From Octopus sinensis (Eukaryota), in the NCBI RefSeq assembly GCF_006345805.1, contig NC_043004.1, forward strand, positions 18,166,001 through 18,230,000: DNA of 64,000 nucleotides, written 5' to 3'. The position numbers were made by a program, and so were the translations under genes. The notes beneath the pieces are model-generated. The model searched no databases and was not told where the DNA came from. It saw only the letters and a program-made list of their open reading frames with translations. Shown here one piece after another: positions 51,397-63,325 of this stretch. The first letter of the stretch is position 1; the number at the start of each line of letters is the position of its first letter.

Positions 51397-51772
51397 ATAA
51401 CTGAAAATATTTGGAGTCAACAAGAAGGAGTATGACTGGACATTTATTCTTTAATCACTACAATTGTTTCCATGCAACATTGTTCTTCAGGTGTGCAGGT
51501 ACTCAATTATGCAACTGTTTCCATGCATTATGAGATCTAGTTGTGTTTCTTCAGGCGATATGTAAATAATGTCTCCGTTAGTTCACATTCTCTACTTCAG
51601 GGAACACAACTAAATCTGAGGAAACAGAACTAGTTCCCATAATGCAGGGGAACAGTTGCATAATTGCGTACCTGCACACCTGGAGAATGATGTGGCATGG
51701 AAACAATTGTAGTGATTAAAGAATAATGTCCGACCATACTCCTTCATATTGACTCCAAATTTTTGCAGTTAT
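51397..51772. repeat. About 375-bp fold-back element with tandem hammerhead-like motifs in each arm
   Basis: About 155-bp arms (ataactgaaaatatttggagtcaa... / ...ttgactccaaatttttgcagttat) around a spacer of about 60 nt. Confidence 0.85.
51456..51493 (-). ncRNA. Putative minimal hammerhead ribozyme motif
   Basis: CAC-CUGAAGA-acaauguugcaug-GAAAC-AAUU-GUA-GUG; intact core and palindromic loop III, but helices I and II are weak. Confidence 0.5.
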
Positions 51773-51836
51773 CTTTTCACACACAACAAATGCCCAAATG
51801 CAAACCTGGAAGTACATATGATACTACAACTGGATA

Positions 51837-52717
51837 GCGGGTCTGATCAATAAGTATCTGGACTATTGCTATAGTAACAAAACTAAAGCACAGTGACGCC
51901 ACTTGCTACACTATTGTGTATGTGTACTAAGTTTTAATGTTCTAGCTCACTTCTGCTGTTTACAGCAATGCTTGGAAGGAAGATGTGTAGTGTGTGATTG
52001 TCGCATAGAAAATGACAGAGGAAGTTGAGCAGAGAATCTGCATCAAATTTTGCCAAGAACATGGTGATACCTGCTCAAAAGCCTACGCAAAGTTTTCAAA
52101 AAGTTTTCCTCATTCTCAACACAATCTAGGAGATCTTGTGCAACTGAAACTGGAGTGTCTTTCTGGTCAGCTGAAATCAGTTTGGGCATACCCAAACCTT
52201 CAGTGATAATGGAACATCATACCCAAATTGTCAGTGATAATGGAATGAACTGAACCGTAACTAATCTGCACATCCTCTGATAACTTACAGATGGTGATTT
52301 GATGATTTCCCCTCACAGCTGCATGCACATCTGTGATGGTCTTCTCAGTTTTGCTGGTTGCGGGTCTTACAGAACGTTGATCACTATCGACATTTTTTCA
52401 GCCATCTTGGAAACGTTTGAACCACTTGTACACTTGTGTGCAGCTCATACACTCCTCTCCATACACTTTCTGCAACTTTGCAAAGGTCTCTGAGCAGTTA
52501 TCGGCATAACAACTTTCTCTGTCATGGTCAATGCAACAATCACATGCTACACACCTTCTTTCCAAGCACTGCTGTAAACAGTGGAAGAGAGCTAGAATGT
52601 TAAAACTTAATGCGCATGCACAACAGAGTTCAAGGTCAATCTGTGCCAAGCAGCTTGACTTTGCATGCTTTAGCTTCGTTACTATGGCAAGTCTGGATAC
52701 TTATTGATCAGACCTTG
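51837..52717. mobile_element. Mariner-derived fold-back element made of two 5' ends
   Basis: TIR ggtctgatcaataagtatc at both ends. Plus arm encodes MTEEVEQRICIKFCQ..; minus arm encodes AKLQKVYGEECMSCTQVYKWFKRFQDG..RPATSK (mariner N-terminal HTH). Confidence 0.88.
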
Positions 52718-52723
52718 TGTGTT

Positions 52724-52774
<51 letters not shown>

Positions 52775-53132
52775 ACGCATGTGTATGTGTGTGTGCGTAT
52801 AACACACACATATACATATATGTTTTGTCATGACCAAGTCAGCCCTTTGACATCAGCCTCCTTGAAACTAAGCCAGATTCAATGATAAGAAAATTTCCCT
52901 CTTTTGAATGTTTATATACAAATTAAAATCTTTCATTATAATTTTATCAAAGAAACATTTGAAAAGTTTTAATTAAAAACATATGTTTACAGGAAGAAAA
53001 GAAAGAAAGAAAACTATTAAAAGTAACCATAGCTACCTTGCCAAGGAAACAAAGAAAAAATGGGGGGGGGGTAAGCAGCAGAGAAAGGGGAGAGGGAGTA
53101 AGGGCTTGTACATCCTAGAATAAATGGTGAGT

Positions 53133-53405
53133 TCAGCTGTGTCTCACAGATATGACTGCAAAGGCGTTGCTATGGAGAACAACCAGTGACAGTTGCAGCA
53201 GCAGCCACTCCACCATCCAGGGCTCATTTTTCAGATGAGCTGCGGTTATCTTGATTTTGCAGAGAGAATCAGCAGTGTGGGGTTCAAGAACACCCGATGT
53301 CTCGACAGCAACCAGCACCAACTGATAATGGCCGGTCAAGCTCCAGTATTTGTTTATCTGGGTTTGCAAGCGATACAGCAAGGTTGGAGCCAGAGAATGT
53401 GTCAC
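53133..53405 (-). mobile_element. 3' fragment of a CRE-like (RLE) non-LTR retrotransposon, same family as 16895-17130
   Basis: KYWSLTGHYQLVLVAVETSGVL...EWLLLQLSLVVLHSNA. Confidence 0.72.
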
Positions 53406-53805
53406 AGAATGAAGAAATGCTTCTCTTATTTTTCAAACACTGCAGTTTGGTGTGGCTCCTGGCTTTACCAGATCCAGTCAAACCGTCAAACCCATGCCAG
53501 CATGGAAAGCAGACCTTAAATGATGATGATGATAAATGATGAAAGTTTGACATAAGTACTGAGACACACACACACACACACAATTGGCTTCCATACAGTT
53601 TCAATCTACCAAATTCACTTATAAGATGCAGCCTAGGGTTATAGAAGACATTTGTCCAAAGTATCATATAGTAGGACTGAATCCAAAACCATATGATTGC
53701 AAGGTGAACTTTGTAACTACATAGCCATTCCTTTTCTCTTTTTATTTCTAATGATTATTTAAATGACAGTTCTTATCATTCCTCCAATTAATTATTGTTT
53801 CAGGG

Positions 53806-54035
53806 TGAGGGGGTCATTATGCCAATAATAATAACACACACACACTGGTTCAATATCACATCTTCAATGTTAGTCAATTTGGTTAAATATTTAACCAATT
53901 AACTAATCATTCATTTGCTTAATCAGCACATTAAATAAATTATTGATTAGTTAGTTGGCGAGATATTTAACTAATTGACTAACAATAAAGTGATATTGAA
54001 CCAGTGCATGTGTTATTGGTATAATGAACCTCTCA
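53806..54035. repeat. About 230-bp AT-rich hairpin (MITE-like)
   Basis: tgagggggtcattatgccaataa / ttattggtataatgaacctctca and cactggttcaatatcac / gtgatattgaaccagtg are inverted pairs. Confidence 0.75.
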
Positions 54036-55281
54036 AGACACAAGAAAGTTTATTTCAATGCACAGATTCACATCAAGAATCTTGCAAATCAAAAACAAAA
54101 ATGAAGTCCAATTAATAACAATTTTTCAATTTATTAAAATTAAGTGAGCTAGCAGCCACTCTACTACTATGTATTCATGCAGCAAACATCCCTGGGTATA
54201 CAAACCAGCACCAGCACCACAACCCTTCCAGTGAGAATTTCTGTAGATTTTAAGATAGCAATAACAGGATTGAATAAAATATAGCCAGAAGACATATCAG
54301 ATGTTATGGAAATAATTTCTCAAGAATTCAAATCAGAAGTGATATTATGGTAATATTATAAATTCCTTCTTTCTCGCTTACATGATTGATTATCATAAAG
54401 ATGGTCTCACTCCAGAGATGGATTTTATCATAATGCTCCCTTAGTCACTCAAACATATAATAAGAAAGGGGGAAAAAAATAACTTTCAAGATTTCAGTTA
54501 ACACCCAGCCTGTGAGGTTTCTTAATGGCATAAAACTATTCAGTTCTATAGGAATACATAATCGATAACTCATTCAATGTAAAAACTATTTTCACATCTG
54601 TCTTTTCCAAATGACATTCAGAAGTAAATTTGCAATGTAGAATTCCATAAGAACGTAAGACAAGTGGTTTTAGAAGGTGGTTTCCTTTGACAAGTCTCTT
54701 AACTTTCCACTGTTTCCATCTATTTGGATGGGATTAAATATTAAAGCAAAGTGTTCGGTGACATAGCTCTAATCCAACTGATTAACTAATGATCAGCTTA
54801 CCATCATCATCATCAGTTTAATGTTTACTTTTCTATGCTTAGATGGGTTGCACGGAATTGTTGTTGAAGCAGATTTACTATAGTCAGGTGCTTTTCCTGT
54901 CACCAACCCTTAACTGTTTCCAGGTAAAGTAATATTTTCCCATAACCAGACATGTTTTTCATGAAAGATCGGAAATGAATGACATCACTTGTATGTAGGT
55001 GACACTCATTTAGAACAATCAGGCAACGTTAAGACAAGAAGACAGTAACACACACACACACACACACACAATGGGCTTCTTTCAGTTGCCAGCCATCAAA
55101 TCCACTCACAAGACTTTGTTTGGTCTGGGGCTATAGTAAAAGATGCCCCACAGTGGGACTGAACCAGATACCATGGGTACTGCAAAGCAAGCTTCTTATC
55201 CACAGAGTCATGCCTGCTCTTAAATGATGACATTTTCTCAGTTCTGATCAAAGTTCATGCGTTTATATGTGGCGATCTATG

Positions 55282-55338
<57 letters not shown>

Positions 55339-55359
55339 CTGTATGTGGGTCTTTATAAC

Positions 55360-55785
55360 TATATGTATGTGCATCTGAAGATGTGTGCGCGCATGTGTTA
55401 TATGTATGTGCATCTGAAGATGTGTGAGTGTATGTTATATGTGCATCTGAAGATATGTGTGTGTGTGTTATATGTATGTGCATTAGAAGACGTGTGTGTT
55501 ATATGTATGTGCATCTGAAAATGGTGTGTGTGTGTTATATGTATATGCATCTGAAGATGTGTGTGTGTGTTATGTATGTGCATCTGAAGATGTGAGTGTA
55601 TGTTATATGTGCATCTGAAGATATGTGTGTGTGTGTGTGTGTTATATGTATGTGCATCTGAAGATGTGTGTGTGTGTGTTATATGTATGTACATCTGAAG
55701 ATGTATGTGTGTATTATATGTATGTGCATCTGAAGATATGTGTGTGTTATATGTATGTGCATCTGAAGATGTGTGTGTGTGTGTG
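55360..55785. repeat. Minisatellite, about 32-40-bp unit tatatgtatgtgcatctgaagat(gt)n, about 12 copies
   Basis: Direct repeats of gcatctgaagat separated by variable (TG)n. Confidence 0.9.
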
Positions 55786-58700
55786 TAAAGGAGGATAAAT
55801 GGGGCAATACATGTATACATTTGCATGTCATTTGCAAATGTCAAACAGCTGGCGTTGTTTTGACCATGGAGAAGAAACCCAGTCTTGGACCCGTATCAAT
55901 GAAATATGCAGTGGGAAGAGGGGGCATTGGAGTGAGTCAAAGGTTGTTGGAACTATCATTCATATCATCAATTATAGAGGAGATGCAGCGTTGCTAGTTT
56001 CTTGCTTTGCAACCTGATGATTCTGAGTTCAGTCCCACTGTATGGCACCTTCAGCAAGTGTCTTCTACACAGCCCTGAGGTGACTAATGCTTTATGAGTG
56101 AATTTGGTTGCAGGAAACTGTTTAGAAGCCTGTTGTTTGCATAGACAGACAGACAGGCAGGCAAGCAGATAGACAGACAGACAGATGTATGTCTTTCTTT
56201 GTGTATGTCCTCCGTCACCACTCGACAACTGGAGCTGGTTTGTTCTGCCCCTTTTAACTATGCAATTCAGCAAAAGAGGCAAATACAATAAGTACCAGAT
56301 CTGAAATAAGTACTGGGGCCAATTTGTCCATCTAAAGGTGGCAAGCTGGCAGAAACGTTAGCATGCCGGGCGAAATGCTTAGCGGTATTTCGTTTGTCTT
56401 TATGTTCAGAGTTCAAATTCCGCCGAGGTCGACTTTGCATGGATGTTCCCTATGTGGCAGTAACAGAGATGTTTCTTATATGGTGCCAACATGAGTACTT
56501 TTTATGTGGCACTAGCACAAGGATTAGAGACAATCTTAATGAGGGGATTGGAGATGGGGGGGGGGAGAGGTAAATACAGCAAGCAGAGTTGAGAAAAACT
56601 TTGTTTACAAAGATAAATTTTCATCTTGGCAGAACAATATCAGCAAAAATCTTATCAGTCAAGGTTTGATAAAATTCCATCACAGGAAACAGAATTTAGA
56701 AGCAGAGAGGTATTTTTTAAAAAAATATTCTGACAATTACATTTAGAAAAATAGAATTAAATAAATTAATTATAACAGAAATTTGATTTGATTTGAATCA
56801 AACTTTTTTCAAAATTAAAATGCTGAATAAATTAGAAAAGACAGAAAAAGAAAAAATATAAATAAACATGTTAATGTTTTTGTTTGGGGATGGGTCTTTT
56901 TATTTATTTATTTATTTATTATTATTATTATTTTTTTTTTTTTTTTTGCAAGTTGAAAAGAAAGCAATTGCAGCTTAAAAATACACAAAATACTATGAAT
57001 TAATGGTTTCTAGAAGAGCTGGAAGCTAATTTGACATTAATTATTTTTAATCTATGAAATTAGAAGACATAATATTCAGATACAAAAATGAAAAGAAAAA
57101 TGAATATTATCATCATCATCATCACTATTATCATCACTGTTGCTACAGTCATCAGGACAATATTCATTTTCTCTCAATTTAATGTCAATAAAATAATTAA
57201 CAGTCAATGATACATGCATAAATAATACATGCGTAAATAAGAGACAGGCATCAGGCTTAGAGAGAGAGAGAGACTTAGTCAAGTTGATTCCCAGATACAC
57301 TTGGCTCTGTTTAGATCAAGGTGATTACAAGGAGGATTCTTTGAAAATGGTTGGGAGATCGACAGAATGATTCCATTCCTCATCATTATCCTCACCATCA
57401 TCAACAGCAGCAGCTAGCATGGATTGGACAGTTTCACAGGATTTGATAGGACCAAAAACTGCATCATTCTCCTGGTGTTTGTTTTGGCATAGTTTCTACA
57501 ACTGGATGCCCTTCTTAATGCCAACCACTTGGCACAGGGTACTTCTTTCAGGTCAGTTACAATGACAGGAGTTCCAGTTGATCTGGTCAATGGAACGGCC
57601 TGCTTGTGAAATTAACATGCAAGTGGCTAAGTACTCCACACACAGATACACGTACCCTTAACTTAGTCCTCAGGGAGATTCATCATGACACAGAATGTGA
57701 CAAGGTTGGCCCTTTGAAATGCAGGTACAACTCTTTCTTGCCGGCTGAGTGGACAGGAGCAACGTGAAATAAAGTGTCTTGCTCAAGGACACAACACACA
57801 ACTGGGAACTGAACTCACTTGTGAGGTCATCCTGCAACTTGCAAGGCCAAGAACCATAAAGGAAACTTTATGCTAGGTTACTAAGAAGAGGGGTAAAGTA
57901 CAAGAGGAAAGGGCCAGACAGAAGTGGTTTCTTGTTGTAGAGGAGCGACATGACTACTCACATTTTAGAAGACAGTGTTGGGGTTGAAGATGCTGTCAAG
58001 CCAGAATCTGGACCAATTGCCTGCAATAGAGTGGACTCCACTAAACACTTCCACAGACCAGGAGATGGGTGACAGAACAAATATACTGCCCATGTAGGTC
58101 AGTGGGATTTGAACTCAAAATACAAAGAGCCAGGACAAAATACTGCAGATCATCCAGTTCAACATTCTTACAGCTGTGTTAATTCTGTTGTGCCAAACCG
58201 ATTTCATTAATCCCTCAAAGAGCAATGTTGTATTTTATGCTTGCTTCCAAACCACATTCTCTCAAGTTCAGTCCCACTGCAAGGCACCTTGGCCAAGAGT
58301 ATTCTACTCGAGCCCAACCAGTGCTGACCAATGCCTTATGAGAGAATTTGGTAAATAGAAACTATGAGGAAGCCTCTCATATATATATAGAAAGCACTCA
58401 GTACAGTCTGTTAAATGGTTTTCATTAGTAAGGGCATCCTACTGCAAAAACCATGCCAAAGCAGACATAGAACCGGGTAGAACCCCTTGTTTGTCTGTTC
58501 TTGTCAAACTGTCCAAACTATACTAGTATGGAAAAGGGGATATTGAATGAATGATAATAATGATAGAGAGATATTTGTATGAGTTTTGTGTGTTGTATTT
58601 GTCTCTCACCATTCTTTTCTTTTCTACTCTAAGCACAAGGCCCAAAATTTTGGGGGTGAGGGGCCAGTTGACTAGATCGACTCCAGTACGCAACTGGTAA

Positions 58701-60219
58701 TAATTTATCAATCCTGAAAGGATGAAAGGCAAAATTGACCTTGGCAGAATTTGAACACAGAACATAAAGAGACAAAATACTGCTAACATTTCGCTTGGCA
58801 CTCTAATGTTTCTCCCAGCTCACTGCCTTCATCTGTCTCTCTCTATCGCTTGACGATTGGTGTTCCTTGATTTACGTCCCTGTAACTTAGCAGTTTGACA
58901 AAAGAGACAAATATAATAAATCCCAGACTTAAGTATAAGTACTGGAGTTGATTTAATCGACTTAAGTTTTCAGTGTGTTTCCCCAGCATAGCTGCGACCT
59001 GATGAGTGACACAGGTGACACAGATAAAAAGGCAAAAGATAAGGCCAATAACTTAAGAGAATCAAGGGCATGATTTTAGAATACTAAGCAAAGGGGAACT
59101 GAATGAGGGATGCAAGAAATTCTTAATAAAAATGACATTCCCCTCTGAAGTTGGAAAATGAAAACAGAAACTTCGTTCCTTTTCTATTTTATTATATTTA
59201 AATATTTCGCTTTATTTTATTCATTTATTCATTGCTGTATTTCTACTTAATGAACGAGTTTTATATGAGTTTTTCATATAATGATGCTTCATAAATATCA
59301 TGTTTGGAATTAGAAATAAAAACAGCCTGAAGCTCATTTCCTTTGTTGTTCATGACATTTCAACATTTGAAGAGAAGCTTTTCAATGAACAATATCTAAA
59401 TTAACGCATTAATATTTAAAGCCTGACTAACTAAAACAGTTGCAGTAGTTTTACTCTACACTCCAAAAAGATGCCAGCTAAAAGAAGTTTCTTTGGAACT
59501 TCCAACAACTGAACAGGGTTGTTGTATTCTCTTTTTTTTTTCTTTTTTCTTTGTATTCCAATAATTTATTGGGTTTTCTAAGTTGGTGAGCTGGCAGCAT
59601 TATTACCACAGAGGGCAAAATGCTTAGCAACATTTTGTCTGCCCTTATGTTCTGAGTTTGAAGTCCACCAAGGGTGAATTTGCCTTTCATCATTTCAGGG
59701 TTGATGAAATAAGTACCAATGTAATTGAGCTACCCCCTTACCCCAAAGTTGCTGGCCTTGTGCCAAAATTTGAAACCAGTTTATTAGGTTTTCTCAAATC
59801 AGAACAAGGCCATAAATAACCCAAGAAAAGTTCTATACAGTTGTTTGCTCTGCTAGAAACAGCAGCAGAAAAATCCCTCAAATCACACCCTAACATCTTA
59901 AAAAGAAAGAACACATTTGAAAATGCAACCCACTTCCTAAGTTTTTTTTGTTTTTTTTAAAAGAAAAAAAAAGATAACACTAGCCAAAACCAGAATGCTT
60001 CTGACCATGCACAGGCAAGGCTGTATGATTATCAGGCTCACTTTGCAAACATGAGATTGGGCATTCAGTCCTACAGCACAGCATTTTGGGTAATTATCTT
60101 CTACTAAAGCCCCAAGCTGGTCGATGCCTTGTGAGCGAATTTGGCAGATGGAAACTAAGTAGAAGCCAGTTGTGTGTGTGTATATATAGATACACGCACA
60201 TACATTTATGTATATATAT

Positions 60220-61352
60220 TGTTACGGTTTAGCTGGTGCATTTCCCGGTGACCCACATTGGAATTATGGTTCCGGCATGTCTAGTAGAAAAGTGACAGTC
60301 TTTTGTTTAATGGAGGACTAATGGGTTTTGGAATGACCTGTGACCTCGTGCGGTTGAGAAAAGGGTCAGTGAAAATGTGAAAGAGGAAGACAGATTAAGG
60401 GAACCTAAGAGCAGATGGAGAGGGTATTGACAGTAAGAGAGAAGGACAGGCAGAGAGTATGGTAGAGCTGTCATGAGAGAGATAGAGTATAAGACTAAGG
60501 GACAGTTAGAGAGGGTATGAGCGGTACAGAGGGAGATGAGGGAGTGGAAGAAGGACAGAGACGAAGTGAGGTCTTGGCAGTCGTTGAGCGGTCGTCAAGA
60601 AGGGCAGTCGTGGTTGGTCGTGGAAGAACACAGACGGACCTTGGATTTAAGGAGCAAGCGTTGGAATTCTTGGGAGCGAGCTGGGATGCGAGAAGGCTTG
60701 GCGGCACTGATTAGGATATATGCGATTGGGATATGTACAGAAGGATTTGGCAGTATTCAGAGGAATTGGCAGGATTGAGAGGAATGGGACACTGGCGGAT
60801 GCAATTAGGAATTGAGGTATGTGTTTGTGCATTGATATGTGTCACGAGGTAAAGAGACAGTGAAAAGAACAGTCAAGGACTCTGTCGATGTGGTCGATAA
60901 AGAACATTGTGAATTGAGTAAAGGACTTGTTGAATTGTAACGTGAATTGTTGTGATACGAACATTGTATAATGTATCGAAGTGTTCTGATTGGACTGTAA
61001 CGTATCGTGAACATTATTTGATCTGGACTTGTTGTGTCGTTACTGAACACTGTTATATTGTTAAATGCTTTGATCTGTGGTATACCGTATGATGTATTGA
61101 TTTGTTGTCTGCCTTAAATGTATTTAATGTGTAGCAATTGTAATTGTCGTATAAACTGTTGTTTGAATATAAGCCAGTGTCTCTGTTGCCTTGCCTCTTT
61201 TGGTGTCTCTCTCGGGTTGTGCCTCTGTATCTCTGTGTTGAGGTTGTGGCAGTATCTATCTGTATCTCCTCTCTCCGCCTCTTTGGGTTCCGTGGCGGAA
61301 CTTGTGTGAGCCGTTCGGGACGGGCGACGACGGGTGATTCCGTTCCGTAACA
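60220..61352 (+). repeat. 5' LTR (1133 bp)
   Basis: TGTTACGG...CCGTAACA 8-bp terminal inverted repeats; repeated from 63326. Confidence 0.93.
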
Positions 61353-61354
61353 AC

Positions 61355-61372
61355 TGGTGTCAGAAGTGGGAT
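61355..61372 (+). promoter_or_regulatory. Primer-binding site complementary to the 3' end of tRNA-Leu
   Basis: TGGTGTCAGAAGTGGGAT, 2 nt after the LTR end; the reverse complement ATCCCACTTCTGACACCA is a tRNA-Leu(CAA)-type 3' end. Confidence 0.85.
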
Positions 61373-61410
61373 TGTCCTGATTGCTGCGTTTCGATCGGTT
61401 CTTTTTCACT

Positions 61411-63030
61411 ATGGATTTGTCTGGTTGTCAGACCGGAGACGGGGAGATTTCGCTTGCTCTGATTGTGGAGATGTTAAGGGGCCAGATGGCGCAGACGGAT
61501 GCGTTCATGGAAAGGATGGACGAGAGGCGACAGGGCCTGTGGGCAGATCAGCGGGAGCTTGAGGTTGCGGATGGGTCAGCTTTGAAGGATCGGTGTTGGA
61601 CCGAGGATAGCGACGGTCCTGTGGGCAGAGATTGCCCGTCAAACGAAGCATCGAGGGAAACAGATAGTGAAGGAAGTGTTGCCGAAATCTGTGATGCTGG
61701 ACCGGCTGTGTTTGCGGAACCTGGGCTGGTTGCCGAAATTTGTGACGCTGTACCCAAGAAATCTTGTGATTTGGAACCCGTAGAGGTTGAAGTAACCAAA
61801 AGGCCTGTGGAAGGTGTTATGGCTGATGCTGTTGTTCCGTGTCTGGGGCCCTTGGCATTTCGACCCCTGTCTCTCGGAGCTCGGGACGAAGAGCTGGCGA
61901 GGTCTGGGGCGAATGTCGCTGAGTCCGAGGTTCCGGCTCTGTGTGTGATGGTTGCGTCAGGTGCTATGCCGTGTGCGGGTCCTTTGGTGTCTGGACCCCT
62001 GTCTCTTGGGGCCCAGAAGGACCGTATGGTTCCCACTGTGGAGAGGCCACAGGCGTGGATGGACTGGCGGCCGAGCGTGCGTGTTGTGAGGCCTGCGGTA
62101 CGGAAGCTGGTGAGGAAAAGGGCCAGGCTCGTTGACGAGGCGAGACGGCTGCGAATGGTGGTGGGTCCACCGAGTCCAGGAAGACTGCTTCAGCGTTGGG
62201 TGAGCTTTGTGGTTGATGGTTGCTTGGGGCCGGTGGAGCCCGACAGGCAGTGCCTAGTGAAAGCTCGATTGAGGGTCGGGTGGACCCTAGTGGAAGCAGA
62301 AGCTGGTGGAGCGCTGGCTGGGTCGGCCGATCTTTTGGAAGTGGCACAGGCGATTTGCAGAAGGCAAATCGAGGAATCGTGCCAGATGGCGAACCAGTGG
62401 TGGGGCCAGCTCTGCCGATACGGCAACGCAGTTGAAGGAGGTGGTGGCCCACGGATGCAGTTGAGGGGGCGGTCCGCAAGGAGTCGCTGGTGCTTTGTTG
62501 GCACTTGGGGGAGCGCTGTGTTTGATGGTTGCGTGGGGCTGGTGGAGCCCGACATGCAGTGCGGAATAGGAACTCAATTGAGGGTCGGCTGGACCCTGGT
62601 GGAGGCAGAGGCTGACAGAGCGCTGGTTGGGTCGGCCGAGTTATTGAAGGCTGCGCAGGCGATTTGCAGAGGGCAAATCGTGGGACTGCGCCGGACGGTA
62701 AACCAGCGGCGGGGTCAGTTCTGCCGGTGCAGAGATGAAGTTAAGGGAGTTCGTGGTCCGCTGATGTTGCGGAAGAGGCAACTGTTGGTGAAAAGCGCAG
62801 GGTTGGTCGTGAGGGTTGTTGGATGCTGGTCGCACGGACCTGGCAGAACGTTTCGTCGACCAAGGCGGTTGTCGCTTGAGGAGGCAGCGAGGCCGGAGGA
62901 AGGTCTCAGTACAGCAGCGCAAGAGGAGATATCGGCGACAGGTAACAGTGAAAGGACAGAATGGTCCCTGGTCGTCGGCGATAATTGCGCGGAATGGAGA
63001 TGGTACAGCAAGCTGCTACGTGGGCTATAG
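61411..63030 (+). CDS. Element-encoded protein (about 540 aa) in the gag position, with internal tandem duplications
   Basis: ATG 39 nt after the PBS; uninterrupted ORF; helical N-terminus; two copies of a 103-aa-period module; no CCHC knuckle seen. Confidence 0.7.
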   Translation: MDLSGCQTGDGEISLALIVEMLRGQMAQTDAFMERMDERRQGLWADQRELEVADGSALKDRCWTEDSDGPVGRDCPSNEASRETDSEGSVAEICDAGPAVFAEPGLVAEICDAVPKKSCDLEPVEVEVTKRPVEGVMADAVVPCLGPLAFRPLSLGARDEELARSGANVAESEVPALCVMVASGAMPCAGPLVSGPLSLGAQKDRMVPTVERPQAWMDWRPSVRVVRPAVRKLVRKRARLVDEARRLRMVVGPPSPGRLLQRWVSFVVDGCLGPVEPDRQCLVKARLRVGWTLVEAEAGGALAGSADLLEVAQAICRRQIEESCQMANQWWGQLCRYGNAVEGGGGPRMQLRGRSARSRWCFVGTWGSAVFDGCVGLVEPDMQCGIGTQLRVGWTLVEAEADRALVGSAELLKAAQAICRGQIVGLRRTVNQRRGQFCRCRDEVKGVRGPLMLRKRQLLVKSAGLVVRVVGCWSHGPGRTFRRPRRLSLEEAARPEEGLSTAAQEEISATGNSERTEWSLVVGDNCAEWRWYSKLLRGL

Positions 63031-63165
63031 AGCCCTGAGGAAGGTGGCCACTGTGAAGGATTGGCCGGACCCTTCTTGTGTGAGGGATTTGAGGAACTTC
63101 CTCGGACGGTGCGCCTATTGTGGGCGGCTAGTAGGAAGCCTGGCGGCGTTGGCGGAGGTGTTACC
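63031..63165 (+). pseudogene. Gypsy pol remnant (RT thumb/connection)
   Basis: RKVATVKDWPDPSCVRDLRNFLGRCAYCGRLVGSLAALAEVL matches the pattern KV.AV..WP.P....LR.FLG...YY.RF...FA.IA.PL; lies within ORF 62816-63325. Confidence 0.75.
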
Positions 63166-63304
63166 CAAGCCGCAGAGGGAAGGTGCCAACCTGTGGCTGG
63201 TGCTGAAGTGGTGGCCGTGGGAGGTGAGACCCCCAAGGGGACCCCCAGTCCCCGGAGAGTCTGCCGCTCGGAGGTGCGAGTTTAGTATGCTTTGTCGGGT
63301 CGAC

Positions 63305-63325
63305 AAAAGCTTAGGTAGGGGGTAG
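63305..63325 (+). promoter_or_regulatory. Polypurine tract
   Basis: aaaagcttaggtagggggtag immediately before the TG of the 3' LTR. Confidence 0.75.

Noticed and set aside
54540-54735. About 65 stop-free codons on the minus strand in non-repetitive DNA
   Set aside because: No recognisable homology, start codon or convincing splice sites.
55360-55785. Repeated CTGAAGA in a minisatellite as a ribozyme array
   Set aside because: No GAAA/NUH half of the core in the unit.
56610-56680. LIRFLLILFCQ peptide resembling NBEAL1 LVKFFIILCR
   Set aside because: Flanked by in-frame stops with no usable splice donor.
60495-61409. Several short ORFs inside the LTR, duplicated in the 3' LTR
   Set aside because: Purine-skewed LTR sequence; one ORF has a stop in one LTR but not in the other; no motifs.
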